Source: Octopus vulgaris (lineage: Eukaryota). From it: DNA of 64,000 nt. Position 1 is the stretch's first letter, and each line of letters begins with the position of its first letter. Location: assembly GCA_951406725.2 (NCBI GenBank), contig OX597815.1, positions 166,594,001 to 166,658,000 of the forward strand, in the 5' to 3' direction. The position numbers and the translations under genes were made by a program. The notes below the pieces were generated by a model, which was given only the letters and a program-made list of their open reading frames with translations, did no database searches and was not told the DNA's origin. Of the stretch, positions 16,286 to 29,147 are shown piece by piece.

Positions 16286-17187
16286 AAATAAATCAAAAGA
16301 AAAGTGCATAAAGTTTAAATTGCAAGTATTTATCACAGGTATTTGTCTTTTCTCCGACACCTTCTATGAATACACCTACACAGTTTTAATATGTTTTTTT
16401 CACACAGTTTTTATGAATCAAATACCTGTGTTTTAATTTTACTTATTTTTGTCACAACCGCCTTTTTTTCATTTACGTCAATGGATTTTTTTCGATCAGG
16501 TTAGATTATTAATAGAAACAAACATGAAATTGAGACGCTATTTAAGAATCAAATGACTGAAAGAAGAAACACAAAAAGACCACATTAAACTATTTTGGGC
16601 GATTTGTAAAGCTAAATTTCGCCCTTTTCTATTTTAAATACAACACAAGCGGTGTCAGTTTTAAATTTACGTCTTCAGCCGAAAATCTTCAATGAAACTT
16701 GTGTAACCTTTATACTAGCAACAAGTCGAACCGGCTATACGAGTAGGGTAGACGACAAAATATAAATAAAAATAAGACACATAACAAGTAATGAAAAATA
16801 ACAAATCCGCCTACGCGATGCTAAATAATGGAAAGTAAGACACAGGCTTCAAGTTGCATAACAATTTTTGATACTTGCGAAATAGATTAGAGGTGAGAAG
16901 AAGAAAAAGAAAGAAAAAAAGCAAAATAATTTAGTTCACCTATCAGAATTGAGGTAATTGGTATCAAATATCATTAAATTGTTGGTATTTTCCAGTTTGG
17001 TATTTCTGATCATCAATATCAATTCAATAAATGTGCGCTTAATTTTATTGACGTCAATTGTGTTCGCATTCTTGTCTTTCATCGCCCACCCAAACATCAT
17101 TATAAAGCGTGGGCGTGAAGATAGCATAAATTACGTCGACGTAAGTTCGAAACCACCATAGAATCACCAATATCAGAATTTTGTTAT

Positions 17188-17800
17188 GGCGGCGAGCTAG
17201 CAGAATCGTAAGCATGCCGGGAGAAATGATTAGCGCTATTTTGTCTATCTTTACGTTCTGAGTTCAAATTCCGCCGAGTTCGACTTTGCCTTTCATCCTT
17301 TTGGGGTCGATTAAATAAGTACCAGTTACGCACTGGGATCGATGTAATCGACTTAATCCGTTTGTCTGTCCTTGTGTGTCCCCTCTGTGTTTAGCTCCTT
17401 GTGAGTAGTAAGAAAAAAGGTATTTCGTCTGTCTTTATGTTCTGAATTCAAATTACACAGAGGTCGACTTTGCCTTTCATCCTTTCGGGGTCGATTAAAT
17501 AAGTGCCAGTTACGCACTGGGGTCGATATAATCGACTTAATCCGTTTGTCTGTCCTTGTTTGTCCCCTCTGTATTCAGCTCCTTGTAGGCAGTAAAGAAA
17601 TAAGGAAACGTTAGCACATCGGGAGAAATGTTTAGCGCTATTTTGTCTATCTTTACGTTCTCAGTTCAAACCCGCCGAGGTCGACTTTGCTGTTCATCCT
17701 TTCGGGGTCGATAAATTAAGTACTAGTTGCAGACTGGTATCGATCTAATCGACAGGTCCCCTCCTCCAAAATTTCGGGCCTTGTGCCTGGAGTAGAAAAT
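17188..17800 (+). mobile_element. Multimeric family-1 SINE (three body units)
   Basis: Three consecutive gttcaaa..ccg/cagagg..tcgactttgc...ggggtcgat units. Confidence 0.85.
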
Positions 17801-18140
17801 AATATCAGGTTTCGTTGCCCTGTTAGACTTGGAATTACGGGACTGTGTGATGCCACAGAAGCAGTGGGAAGATTACACTTGAGTGGTTTCCCATAGCTTC
17901 TTCCAAAACCAAGGTGATTTTCTATAATTATTCTTTTATTTTTATACTTGTTCCAGTCATTTAACAGCGACCATGCTGGAGCACCGCCTTAAAACTAGTA
18001 CTTATTTATCGATCTGTTTTGCCAAACTACTAAGTAACGGGGACATAAACACACCAACATCTGTTGTCAAGCGATGGTGGGGTGACAAACATAGACACAT
18101 TCATATAAATATATACACAAGTATATGTATATATATATAT

Positions 18141-18330
18141 AGGGAGAGTTTACGAAAAAAAACAAAAGACGAAGACAGGTGGTGTACAAAACAAACAAGA
18201 TGTATTAGTATAACGCTCAGGAATAGACAAAGTCTTTTACGTTTCGAGCCTACGCTCTTCTACAGAAAGGGACAGAGAATAAACAAGGAGAGAAAAAATG
18301 TGTGTGGTGGCTAACGATCTATCATGGCGA
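18141..18330 (-). mobile_element. ~190-bp hammerhead-bearing mini-element, family B
   Basis: Homologous to 27202-27387 and 40821-41008; CUUU-CUGUAGA-A-GAGC(GUAG)GCUC-GAAACGUA-AAAG at 18234-18269; 3' end abuts (TA)n. Confidence 0.7.
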
Positions 18331-19800
18331 CTAGTGCCGGACAGAAGGGTCAAACACGAGGAGGAAAGTTAACAAGATAAAGATGACCCCCCCCAACACA
18401 AAGGTGCCCACAACTCAAAGGTGCGTGTTTGTATAAGAGAGTATGTATGTGCGTGTGAAAAAGGACTGGTGGTCTGGACGTGTGCGTGTATGTATGAGTA
18501 GGTGTGAAGATGTGGGGATGGGTGTGTGGGTGGTATATATCTATTTATAATGTGTGCAAATATATATAAAGAGAACACAAATGGAGTTTATAATTTACGA
18601 CAGCTGTCTCCGTAGAATTTTATTGTTATATTCATAGATTACACCATAACATAGAATCCACCATCTCCAAGAAAAAAGTTAAAAACAGGTATCAAACAGG
18701 TAAGATAATATATCGATCGTGATGAATCCACTCAACCTGAAGATAATGGATTATTTGTTATGATGTAATTCCAAATTCAATTTCTTAATTCCGCCGAACA
18801 TCATGAAGAAATGATTAGCTCCCTTGTAATATCTGTCCGTTAGAGGACAACACAAATTTTTCTTTCTCATCACTTTACAAAATAATAATAATAATGATAA
18901 TAATATCTATCTATCTAGGTCGTCCCCCAGGACACCCCAAGACTGTTTCCACACATTTTCTCCATTCATCTTGATCATCCATAATGGTTCTCAGCCCCTG
19001 TACTTAATTTATCGACCCCGAAAGGATTAAGGCAAATTCAACCTCGGCGGAATTTGAAATCAGTACGTAGTGACGGGTGAAATACCACTAAGCATTTTGT
19101 TTAGCTCGCCGCCTTTATAATAATACTAAAAATGGTTTCAAATTTTGCCACAAGGGCAGCTTTTGGAGGAGGGGATGAATCGATTACATTGACCCAATTA
19201 TTCAAATGGTACTTAATTTATCGACTCTGAAAGGATGAAAGGCAAAGTCGACCTCGGTGGCACATAGCGGCGGGCGAAATACCGCTAAACATTACGTCCA
19301 GCGTGCTAACGATTCTAATAATAATAATAATAATAATAATAATCCTTTCTACTATAGGCACAAAGCCTGGATTTTGTGGGGAGCGGGACAGTCGATCGCA
19401 TTAACCTCAGTACTGAACTGGTACTTAATTTATCGAGCCCGAAAGGATGAATGGCAAAGTCGATCTCGGCGGAATTTGAGTTCAGAGCGTAGCAGTAGGC
19501 GAAATATCTATATTTCTTTACTACCCTCAAGGGGCTAAACAGAGAGGACAAACATGGACAGACAAACGGATTAAGTCGATTATATCGACCCCAGTGCGTA
19601 ACTGGTACTTATTTAATCGACCCCGAAAGGATGAAAGGCAAAGTCGACCTCGGCGGAATTTGAACTTAGAACGTAGCGGCAGACGAAATACTGCTAAGCA
19701 TTTCGCCCGGCGTACTAACGTTTCTGCCAGCTCGCCGTCTTAATAATGATGATGATGATGATAATAATAATAATAATAACAATAATAATAATAATAATAA

Positions 19801-20194
19801 TCTCAAGACAATTACAATACCTGTGATTGTAGGAGCGCTTGGAATGATAATAAAAGGAAACTGAAAATTATTTGAGGATGATCCCTGGCTTACCATCCAT
19901 GCCGGAAATACAAAACATTGTCTTAACTGGTACGTCACACATATTGAGAAGAACATTGTCGCTGTGAATTTTCTTTCCTTTCCCCCTTATTTTCTTTGTT
20001 TGCTTTTTTTCATTTTTTTCTTTTTTCCTTCTTTCCTCTGTCTTGATTAATTTTTTCCTATCACATGACTTTGTAAATGAACAATCTGGTGTATTTATTT
20101 TAATGGCCTACTAATATATACAGTAAGTTTCTTTGCCCCAGGTGTTGGTAAGACACTCGGCAAGAAATGGAAGCAAAATTGAAAGAATTGAAAG

Positions 20195-20195
<1 letters not shown>
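19801..20195 (+). mobile_element. 3' end of a Dong/R4-type (RLE) non-LTR retrotransposon inside (TAA)n
   Basis: LKTITIPVIVGALGMI..ENYLRMIPGLPSMPEIQNIVLTGTSHILRRTLSL* (one frameshift), typical RLE-LINE C-terminus; (TAA)n on both sides. Confidence 0.75.
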
Positions 20196-20233
<38 letters not shown>

Positions 20234-20477
20234 TCTACTATAGGTACAAGGCTTGGAATTTGTGGGGAGGGGGATAGTCGATCACAGTGACCCTAGTACT
20301 TAAGTGGCACTTAATTTATCGACCCCGAAAGGTTGAAATGATAAGTCGACCTCGGCGGAATTTGAACTCAGAACGTGAGGACGGACAAAATGCCGCTAAG
20401 CATTTCACCCGGCGTGCTAATGATTCTGCCAGCTCACCACATTAATAATAATAATAATAATAATAGTAATCGTTGCT

Positions 20478-20850
20478 TTATAGGTCGTAAAGGCCGAACA
20501 AAAACAAATGGGGACAATACAAAACAAGGGACACGTGGGGTTTAACATAAAAATTGAATAAACAGTAAAATGACAATTACCAATACAATTAAACAATAAA
20601 AATTCCCCCAAAGTGGTGGGTTTCCTCACAGGGACAACCAGGAAACTCAAACATCTTGGTTACTCCGACCGCCAGGTGCATCTCCGCAGACGACCCCTCT
20701 CCTTCTCAACTCCTCCGGTTTATAAGAGAATGTTCAGAGCAGGCCCTTTCACACGGGCCATCCTCGCCACATTCACCCAACACCCTTCAACAAATGTTCT
20801 ATTTTAGATTTCAAGTCCCTTTTTACACTCTTCGTTGCCTTTAAGAAATG
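20478..20850 (-). mobile_element. Probable Tx1/L1-type LINE 3' end
   Basis: Minus strand reads FVEGCWVNVARMARVKGPALNILL*, then a T-rich UTR ending at a (TTA)n tract. Confidence 0.45.
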
Positions 20851-20964
20851 TATTCCAGTTCTTGGGTACATATGACAAAAACAAACCGAAGTGGTTATTT
20901 TGCTGAGTGGTTTTATTCTGTCAACACTTCTGTTGACGGTGATAATGATGATAAAGATGAGAAC

Positions 20965-21094
20965 TATTACTACTATTACTACTACTGCTGCTGCTACTAC
21001 TACTACTACTACTACTACTACAACTACTGCTACTGTTGTTGCTACTACCACCACCACCACCACCACCACCACCACCACCACCACTACTACTACT

Positions 21095-21135
<41 letters not shown>

Positions 21136-21153
21136 TACTACCACCACTACTAC
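20965..21153. repeat. Compound (TAC)n/(CAC)n trinucleotide microsatellite
   Basis: Directly visible. Confidence 0.97.
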
Positions 21154-21617
21154 TTTCCACTTGCTTTGTTATTTTATGTCATAGCAGCCTCCTCGCTGAC
21201 AATACATTTCAAACGTATTGGTGGGCCTGCTCGTGGATTCAAATGTACTCACATAGAGACACACATACAACCATTGACACACAACACATGAAAAATACAA
21301 ATATTCACGGATGCATAGTCTCATGTGCAAAAGAACGACAAGAGAAAATACGAAAACTTGAAATAAAAGAATCAGAAGGTACTGGTGAAACCTTTCCTAG
21401 AATTATGTGAATTGGAAGATAAATATATCTCGAATGTTTGCTTAACCTCAAAAATCTTGATGAGTTCTCTTCCAGTTCTTTTCTTTCAAAATAATTCTCA
21501 ATCCCCAAACCGTTTTCTTCTTTTTTTTTTCCTTTTTTTTTCTTTACTCCAGTTTTAATGTCTAGGTTCTTTGCTTCCAAGGTAAAAATCTCTGTCCAAT
21601 GATGGGTGGAAAGAAAA

Positions 21618-21666
<49 letters not shown>

Positions 21667-22122
21667 GATAATAATAATAATTTCCCAAAAGGTTAACAAA
21701 TGGGTCTTTTACAATGAGCGTAAAAAAATAAGTAAAAAGTGTGTGTGTGTGTGTGTGTGTATGTGTAAAATGTATAGACATTATATTATAACTTCTATAT
21801 GTCCCAAAAGGGGAACACCCAGCTACAGTAAACTATGACACATTACAAATTTTAAACTTCAGCATTAAGGGAAATGCCTTTTCTTTGTTATTAAATTGCA
21901 GAGTGTAGTATAAGGTAAATTTACAGCTAAGGCACAGCAACTGACTATCACAAAGGGTCTTATGAAAATATCCCAGATATTCTTTGGATATTATATAGGA
22001 AACAAAAACAATAATTTCTACTTGTTCAATTATACTAGTACCCTCGAGAAAGAAGCATCATTTCCGACGTTTCTGGAGTTACAATTCCTGATGCTTCTGG
22101 AACAGCAGTCAGCAGAATCTTC

Positions 22123-22541
22123 AGATCTTTTCGGTTTGAACGGCAGTTTTTTCTAGCGGTGTCATATGAAATTGTCACCCATAATTATGACCCTAGTATC
22201 GATCTATTGCATTTCAATGTTTTAGGGTTAGGGTTAGGGTGGGGGGAAGGATATCTTTTTTTCTTCACAAATGTAAATAAACCCAATCTGTTTCTTAAAC
22301 GAGGGACATATTCATACGGCACAGAATGTTTTTTTTTACCTCAATAGATGTCAGTGATTGGTTGAAATTGCAGAAATTGAAGAAAAAACAACAACAAATA
22401 TCTTACAAACTATAGAATTTTCTCAATAAAACCAAAAGAAAAAGATGTTTTATAAACACATTCTACCAGTATACGAAGTTGAAAATTTTTTTAGTTACCT
22501 AGAAATTATGTTAAAAACTGTCGTTCAAACCGAAAAGATCC
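22123..22541. mobile_element. MITE with ~27-bp TIRs and 8-bp TSD (Merlin- or hAT-type)
   Basis: TIR gatcttttcggtttgaacggcagtttt / aaaactgtcgttcaaaccgaaaagatcc; perfect TSD gaatcttc at 22115-22122 and 22542-22549. Confidence 0.85.
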
Positions 22542-23051
22542 GAATCTTCTCTAATTTTTACTGATATCGCTACTATCTCTTTCTGTATTTTTCCTACTTG
22601 TTTAGAGCCGAAATTTCTGAAGTTACTCTTATTGCCAGAAATGTAACACTTGAGCTTTCTTCCCTATACCAACAGTCACACTACGGCTTTCGCCACAAAT
22701 AAGCATGGCTCCGGGATTTTTTCTTTTTGTCCTTTGGTGTCATTAGACTAATATATCAGCGTAGCTCGAAACGTAACCATGTACCATGCATGGTTATTTC
22801 AGCGTTCATTACCTGCTCGTACTGTGTTACATAAGTGACAATGAATCAAGAGTCAATGTCGTCTCGAATGTCCTTTTGCTGTAACCTTTTGTACTGATTC
22901 AAGTATTTTAATACGAGCTTCTGAGCAGGTGACTAATTTATCAGCTCCGCCTTTTTCATATCGTCCTCTGTTATTAATATGATGCATCTGGTTTCATACT
23001 CTATATCTCAGTCAGTGGGAAATAGATTATTCTATACACTGGAAAGGCAAG

Positions 23052-23137
23052 GGCCGTCTTCAGTTACTTTTTGGAAGTATGAGAAAAGCCTTCAAAGGCC
23101 GTCTTCAGTTACTTTTTGGAAGTATGAGAAAAGCCTT
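23052..23137. repeat. Tandem duplication, ~45-bp unit x2
   Basis: ggccgtcttcagttactttttggaagtatgagaaaagcctt occurs twice. Confidence 0.9.
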
Positions 23138-24397
23138 AGTATCTTTCGAGGTGGACAGATAATTTTCTTTTCTCTGGCTGTTCGAAAAAAAAAAAAAGAC
23201 TGTTTCTTCTCTTATCACACACCCCTACTGACCAAACCATTTCTCAGTCAGATAATTTGTATATAACGATCACCTGTTTTATGTAGGTCCAGCGAAAGTA
23301 AGCAAGCTGGAAAAATCTTCCCTGTTTCTCAATTTGAACTCTCCTTTAATTTCTTCGCTTGTGCGAAACACATCGATACGTGTTGTTATTTTTGTTGATG
23401 CTGTTATCGTTATGCAAGTCATTTATATTGTTCAAAATTAAGTTATATTCTGTCAGAAAATTTGTATTTGATTCTTTTGAAAAATATACAAACCATTGAA
23501 AAACTGGGTCTGTTTCTTTTCTCTTCTCTCTTTTCTACTGTAGGCACAAGGCTCGAAACTTTTGGGGAGGGGTTCCAGTCGTTTAGATCGACCCCAGTAC
23601 GCAACTGTTTCTTAATTTATCAGCCCCGAAAAGATGAAAGGCAAAGTCGACCTCGGCGGAATTTGAACTCAGAACGTAAAAAACAGACGAAATACTGCTA
23701 AGCATTTTGTCCGGTGTGCCAACGTTTCCGCCAGCTCGCCGCCTTTTTCTCTTCTCTCTACTGTTTGTAAAAACGCATTAGTTTACGTTCGAATTTGGGG
23801 TGTATTTTTAAACACTGTAGTCATTTATAAATGGTAGAAACAAAATATTTCTTTTTAAATTAAAGTTTTTTTTTTTATAAAGGAAGGAGATTTAATGCAA
23901 TTAATTGTATTCCTACGTCCTTGTTTAGAAATTTCGTATCAAAAATATTTTTCCATGTAATCTCAATGCCTGACTATCTCAAAGCACAACAATAGCGTCA
24001 ACAATAATAACAGTACTAATGACGATCTTTTCTTTATTAGTCATAAATGAACACACATACAATGAAACATTTAAACATATGCGTTATAAAATATTTGTGA
24101 ATGGACAAAACAAAGTCATAAAAAAAGTGGGAGAGCTAAGACATGCGATGAAAGTATTAAAACATTAATCACAACACAGAATAATCATAATATTATATAA
24201 AATACATGTTGAATAAAATGAAATATAGAGTGAAAGTGCCCTTCGAGTCTGGCCCACAGGATATTTGGGAACAAGTGATCCCCCTACAAAGGCCTGTTAG
24301 CTTTTTCCATGTTCACTCTTGGAAACTAAATCTTTAGCGATACAAATCTGCCACTACGCCTTCATCGCGTTTGAAGCAAGTTTTGCAAAAACGCGTT

Positions 24398-24805
24398 GGA
24401 GTGGCTATGTGGTAAGTAGCTTGCTTACGAACCACATGGTTCCGGGTTCAGTCCCACTGCGTGGCACCTTGGGCAAGTGTCTTCTACTATAGCCTTGGGC
24501 AGACCAAAGCCTTGTGAGTGGATTTAGTAGACGGAAACTGAAAGAATCCCGTCGTATATATGTATATATATATGTATGTATGTGTGTGTATTTGTTTGTA
24601 TGTATGTGTTTGTCCCCCAAACATCGCTTGACAACCGATGTTGGTGTGTTTACGTTCCCGTAACTTAGCGGGTCGGCAAAACAGACCGATAGAATAAGTA
24701 CTGGGCATCCAAAGAATAAGTCCTGGAGTCGATATGCTCGACCAAAGGTGGTGCTCCAGCATGGCCACAGTCAAATGACTGAAACAAGTAAAAGAGTAAA
24801 GAGAG
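24398..24805 (+). mobile_element. Family-2 SINE
   Basis: Family-2 consensus. Confidence 0.85.
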
Positions 24806-25211
24806 TTCTATAACGACAACCTATGCACACGCTTCATTGTCATTGTCAAGGTTACTGCTGTCAGGCGAGTTACCGAACCACCCTCATCTGTTTCTGCTGA
24901 AAAACACATTGTCATCCTCTTCTGAACTATACAGGATCTGCTAAAGTATGTCAACACCTCGTTCGGAGTCTGCAGAAATGATTTTTTTCAAACGCAGGCC
25001 CAAGGCACAAACTAAGTAGAGTGAGCAATCGATAATATCGACCCCAACAATATGAGAATTAGGAATGACAAATCTTACTCCGTCGGGGTTTGAACTCAGA
25101 ATGTAACTAAATATGGCAATACGGCATTAAAGAAGACATTCCATAGATTCCGTCACTCAATGCCTTTCATTGAATTATGTTGTTTTCTCTTATCATGAAA
25201 GCTAAGCTATC

Positions 25212-25444
25212 TATTTCTTTATTGCCCATAAGGGGCTAAACATAGACGGGGCAAACAAGGTCAGACAAAAGGATCAAGTCGATTACATCGACCCCAGTGC
25301 GTAACTAGTACTTTATTTATCGACCCCGAAAGGATGAAAGGCAAAGTCGACCTCGGCGGAATTTGAACTCAGAACGTAATGGCAGATAAAATACCGCTAA
25401 GCATTTTGCCCGGCGTGCTAACGTTTCTGCCAGCTCGCCGCCTT
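25212..25444 (-). mobile_element. Full-length family-1 SINE (3' part of a tRNA-SINE chimera)
   Basis: Family-1 consensus; lies within the 18-bp TSD catgaaagctaagctatc (25194-25211 / 25501-25518). Confidence 0.9.
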
Positions 25445-25445
25445 T

Positions 25446-25494
25446 GCAGCCTTCTGATCTGGTGTCAGACACGCTACCGTTGCGTCACAGGGTC
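25446..25494 (-). pseudogene. tRNA-Trp(CCA) 5' two-thirds retro-fragment
   Basis: gaccctgtgacgcaacggtagcgtgtctgacaccagatcagaaggctgc resembles eukaryotic tRNA-Trp (GACCTCGTGGCGCAACGGTAGCGCGTCTGACTCCAGATCAGAAGG...); anticodon stem tctga/tcaga around CCA; T-arm and 3' acceptor strand absent. Confidence 0.85.
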
Positions 25495-26277
25495 AGTTCC
25501 CATGAAAGCTAAGCTATCAACTATACTAATACACCAACAAAGAACCTTTGCGTGATTGCTTTGCCTGCTAGGAATAGCAACCAAGCCTCCCACAAATTTC
25601 ACTGCTGTCTAAGAAAATGGACGCGAGACACATTAAATAATGTAATCTTACATAGCCGCTCCTTAAAGACTGGATGGTTCGGAAAGGAAGTGGGGGAAGG
25701 GAAATACCTTTTATCATAGATTTGCTCGATAAAGGTTGATTTCTAGTCAAATAGCAACAAAATGAAAAACAACAAAAATGGACACTAGCACCAACACCGC
25801 CGTCACCACCACCACCACCTCTACCACCTCTACCGCCACCACCACCACCACCACCACCACCACCACCATCGTTGTCGTCGCTGTTGTCATAAACAGTAAG
25901 ACATATCGGTGTGACTCCACTTCTGTTACATGTTAGAACAGGCAGTTGACCGATTGGGTTAACAAACTAATAAATATATTCCAACCGAAAAAGAAAAAAG
26001 AAAAAAAAGCAACAAACTAAATTGCTTAGAAATTACACCACTCAAATATCTTTAAACGGTAAGGTTTCACTGTGAGTTGAAAGACATCAATTAATTGAGA
26101 ATATTTATGCGATATTAATTATTTATCTAATATTAATTTCAGCTTGCAAAAAATTATACGTACATATTTGCATTAACATGTATGCTTAGTATTATAAAAT
26201 ACAATTGTAAATTCACAAATTAATACAACAAATAAAGGAAGCAAAGTTAACTCATCAGATCACCGGAATATCCTGAT

Positions 26278-26348
<71 letters not shown>

Positions 26349-26353
<5 letters not shown>

Positions 26354-26548
26354 ATCCAAACACGAACAAAGAGAAGACACAACAACGCGAATACGTGGAA
26401 CAAGTTTAGTGTTATTGGACGCTCAGGAAAGGAAAGAAAGAAGGAGGATTTAACATTTCGAGCGGAGCTCTTCGTCAGAAACATAGAAAAAGGAAAGGTC
26501 CAAGGAAGGGAAGACGGAGACAGAAAATCGCCAACGATACACACGCGG

Positions 26549-26551
<3 letters not shown>
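26349..26551 (-). mobile_element. ~200-bp hammerhead-bearing mini-element, family A
   Basis: Homologous to 47837-48040 and 51591-51779; GUUU-CUGACGA-A-GAGC(UCC)GCUC-GAAAUGUU-AAAU at 26448-26483; 3' end abuts (TA)n. Confidence 0.75.
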
Positions 26552-26602
<51 letters not shown>

Positions 26603-26606
26603 CAAC

Positions 26607-26644
<38 letters not shown>

Positions 26645-26761
26645 AACAAACACTCACACACGCATATATCTGCATACATAATTAAGGACAAAATCAATTA
26701 ATGATCTTATTAGTGCCCAGCATATAAAAAAACCACATAAGGAAAAATTAATATATATATA

Positions 26762-27168
26762 ATTATAATTAAGGGTACTAAGAAACAATACTTACATGCT
26801 AGAGATAGACGTCAAACGACTCTAAAACCACTTCAAATTACATTTCATTAGCACAAGGCTGAAAGCAAGGAAATGAATAAAAGAGATTTAGTAAAAATAT
26901 TTTTTGAGGTTAATTATAGATCGTTTGATTTCTGATTTAACCATACTTTACCGTAATCAGCAGCAATTTTGGTATATTCTACTGTATTACTAAACCAGAA
27001 GTCGGACAATCTAGAATTAACCTTAAAAAATATTTTTACTAAATCTCTGTTTTTTCATTTCTTCGCTTTCAGCCTTGTGCTAATGGAGTGTAATTTCAAG
27101 TGGTTTTTAGAATCATTTGGCGTCTGTCTCTATCTTGTAGGCGCTGTTTCTCAGTATTCTTAATTATA

Positions 27169-27170
<2 letters not shown>
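26762..27170. mobile_element. Fold-back / MITE-like element with ~180-bp imperfect inverted arms between TA tracts
   Basis: For example cattagcacaaggctgaaagc / gctttcagccttgtgctaatg and agagatttagtaaaaatatttttt / aaaaaatatttttactaaatctct. Confidence 0.8.
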
Positions 27171-27201
<31 letters not shown>

Positions 27202-27203
<2 letters not shown>

Positions 27204-27387
27204 GGCATGATAGATCGCTAGCCACTCCACATTCTTTATTTTCTCTCTTTATTTCTTTCTGTGGAAGAGCGTAGGCTCGAAACGTTAAAGACTTTTTCCC
27301 TTCCCGAGCGTTATACTAATACATCTGTTTGTTGTGTACACCAGTATACCATCTGTTTTCCTCTTTTGTTCTTTTGTGAATTCTCCT
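27202..27387 (+). mobile_element. Hammerhead-bearing mini-element, family B
   Basis: CUUU-CUGUGGA-A-GAGC(GUAG)GCUC-GAAACGUU-AAAG at 27255-27290; (TA)n on both sides. Confidence 0.7.
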
Positions 27388-27610
27388 TATATATAATATA
27401 TATATATACACACACGTGCTAAACTGTTTCACTACTGGCAGGATCAATGAAAGGGTACGCCATCCACTGAAAGAAAAGTATCATTTATTATTCAAAGCAT
27501 TTAAATACGAGCCACTATTAGATTCATGCTGTGGAAACACGGTAAAATCGGCAGATTTATATATCATGCTATAGTGTATATATATATGCATGTATATGTA
27601 TGTATATTTC

Positions 27611-27641
<31 letters not shown>

Positions 27642-28148
27642 GCATACATATACATACACTATGGGCTTCTTTCAGTTTCTATCGACCAAATACTCTGACA
27701 AGGTTTTGGCCGGCCCGAGGTTATAGCAGAAGACACTTGCCCAAGGTGTCACGTAAGGGGACTGAACCTGGAACCATGTGGCTGGGAAGCAAACATTTTA
27801 CCGCACAGACACGCCTATATATATATGCATGCACCACACCACATCACACCACACTCACTACACACAATATAGTTTAGACATGGCACCAGAATCGTGAAGA
27901 AATGTAACGCAGTCAGTAAAGGCATTATATTTCTCCATAAAACTCAATAAGACTAAGGTTAGCCGCCATTCGTATTTATTTATACACACATTTATATACA
28001 AAACAAACTTTTTATAGGTTTGGCCTTGTAATAACTTCGTTGGTAACTAAGCGATCACAGTCGTTACCTAATTCCGTTCATAGAGTCAATTGGTCTGTCT
28101 AGCTACACTATTTAATTGCTGGAAACTCTGTGATTGACATCGTGACAT

Positions 28149-28427
<279 letters not shown>

Positions 28428-28839
28428 CTAAAGAGGTTAATGGTTATATTGTAGATACGGTGTATATGTTGTTAGTTTATAGTTGTTATATAATCTATGG
28501 TAACTGTCACTGAGATCAAGTGAATGACTTGTTTATAAATGTAAAATATTTCTTCAATTTTTTGCTTTTTTTGGGGGGGTTTTCTTTGGATAGGACACCC
28601 CCACCGATTCCATCAACTTAACGTCGTTTATGTTTCTGCTAGTTGTTATAATAACACTGTAATAAGCAGAACATGAAATGTGCATTGACTTTTTTCACAA
28701 GCATACACGCTTGCGCACTTAAAATATCTATATATTTTTACGCATGCGCGCTCGCACACACACATATATACATACACACATGCACATATATATATATACA
28801 TACATATATATATATATATGTGTGTGTATATGTACACAC

Positions 28840-28878
<39 letters not shown>

Positions 28879-28950
28879 CTTGCACACACACGTGCATGTG
28901 AATACACATACACACGCACACATATATGTAAATATGTCTGTGTGTATATA

Positions 28951-29004
<54 letters not shown>

Positions 29005-29088
29005 CGTGCGTGTTTGTGCATATGTATGTCTTTGTGTGTGTGCGTGTATGTGTGTCTGTGTCTGTATGTGTGTTGTCTTACACGCACA

Positions 29089-29147
<59 letters not shown>

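Noticed and set aside
22222-22240. TTAGGG repeats as a telomere or fusion scar
   Set aside because: Only three units, located inside a TSD-bounded MITE
22755-22780. agcgtagctcgaaacgta resembling the family-B hammerhead 3' half
   Set aside because: No N-UGA-N-N-A core or stem I upstream and no TA tract; probably chance
22545-22880. Possible degenerate gag/ORF1 zinc-knuckle remnant on the minus strand
   Set aside because: Multiple stops and an incomplete Cys/His pattern; cannot be supported without a profile search
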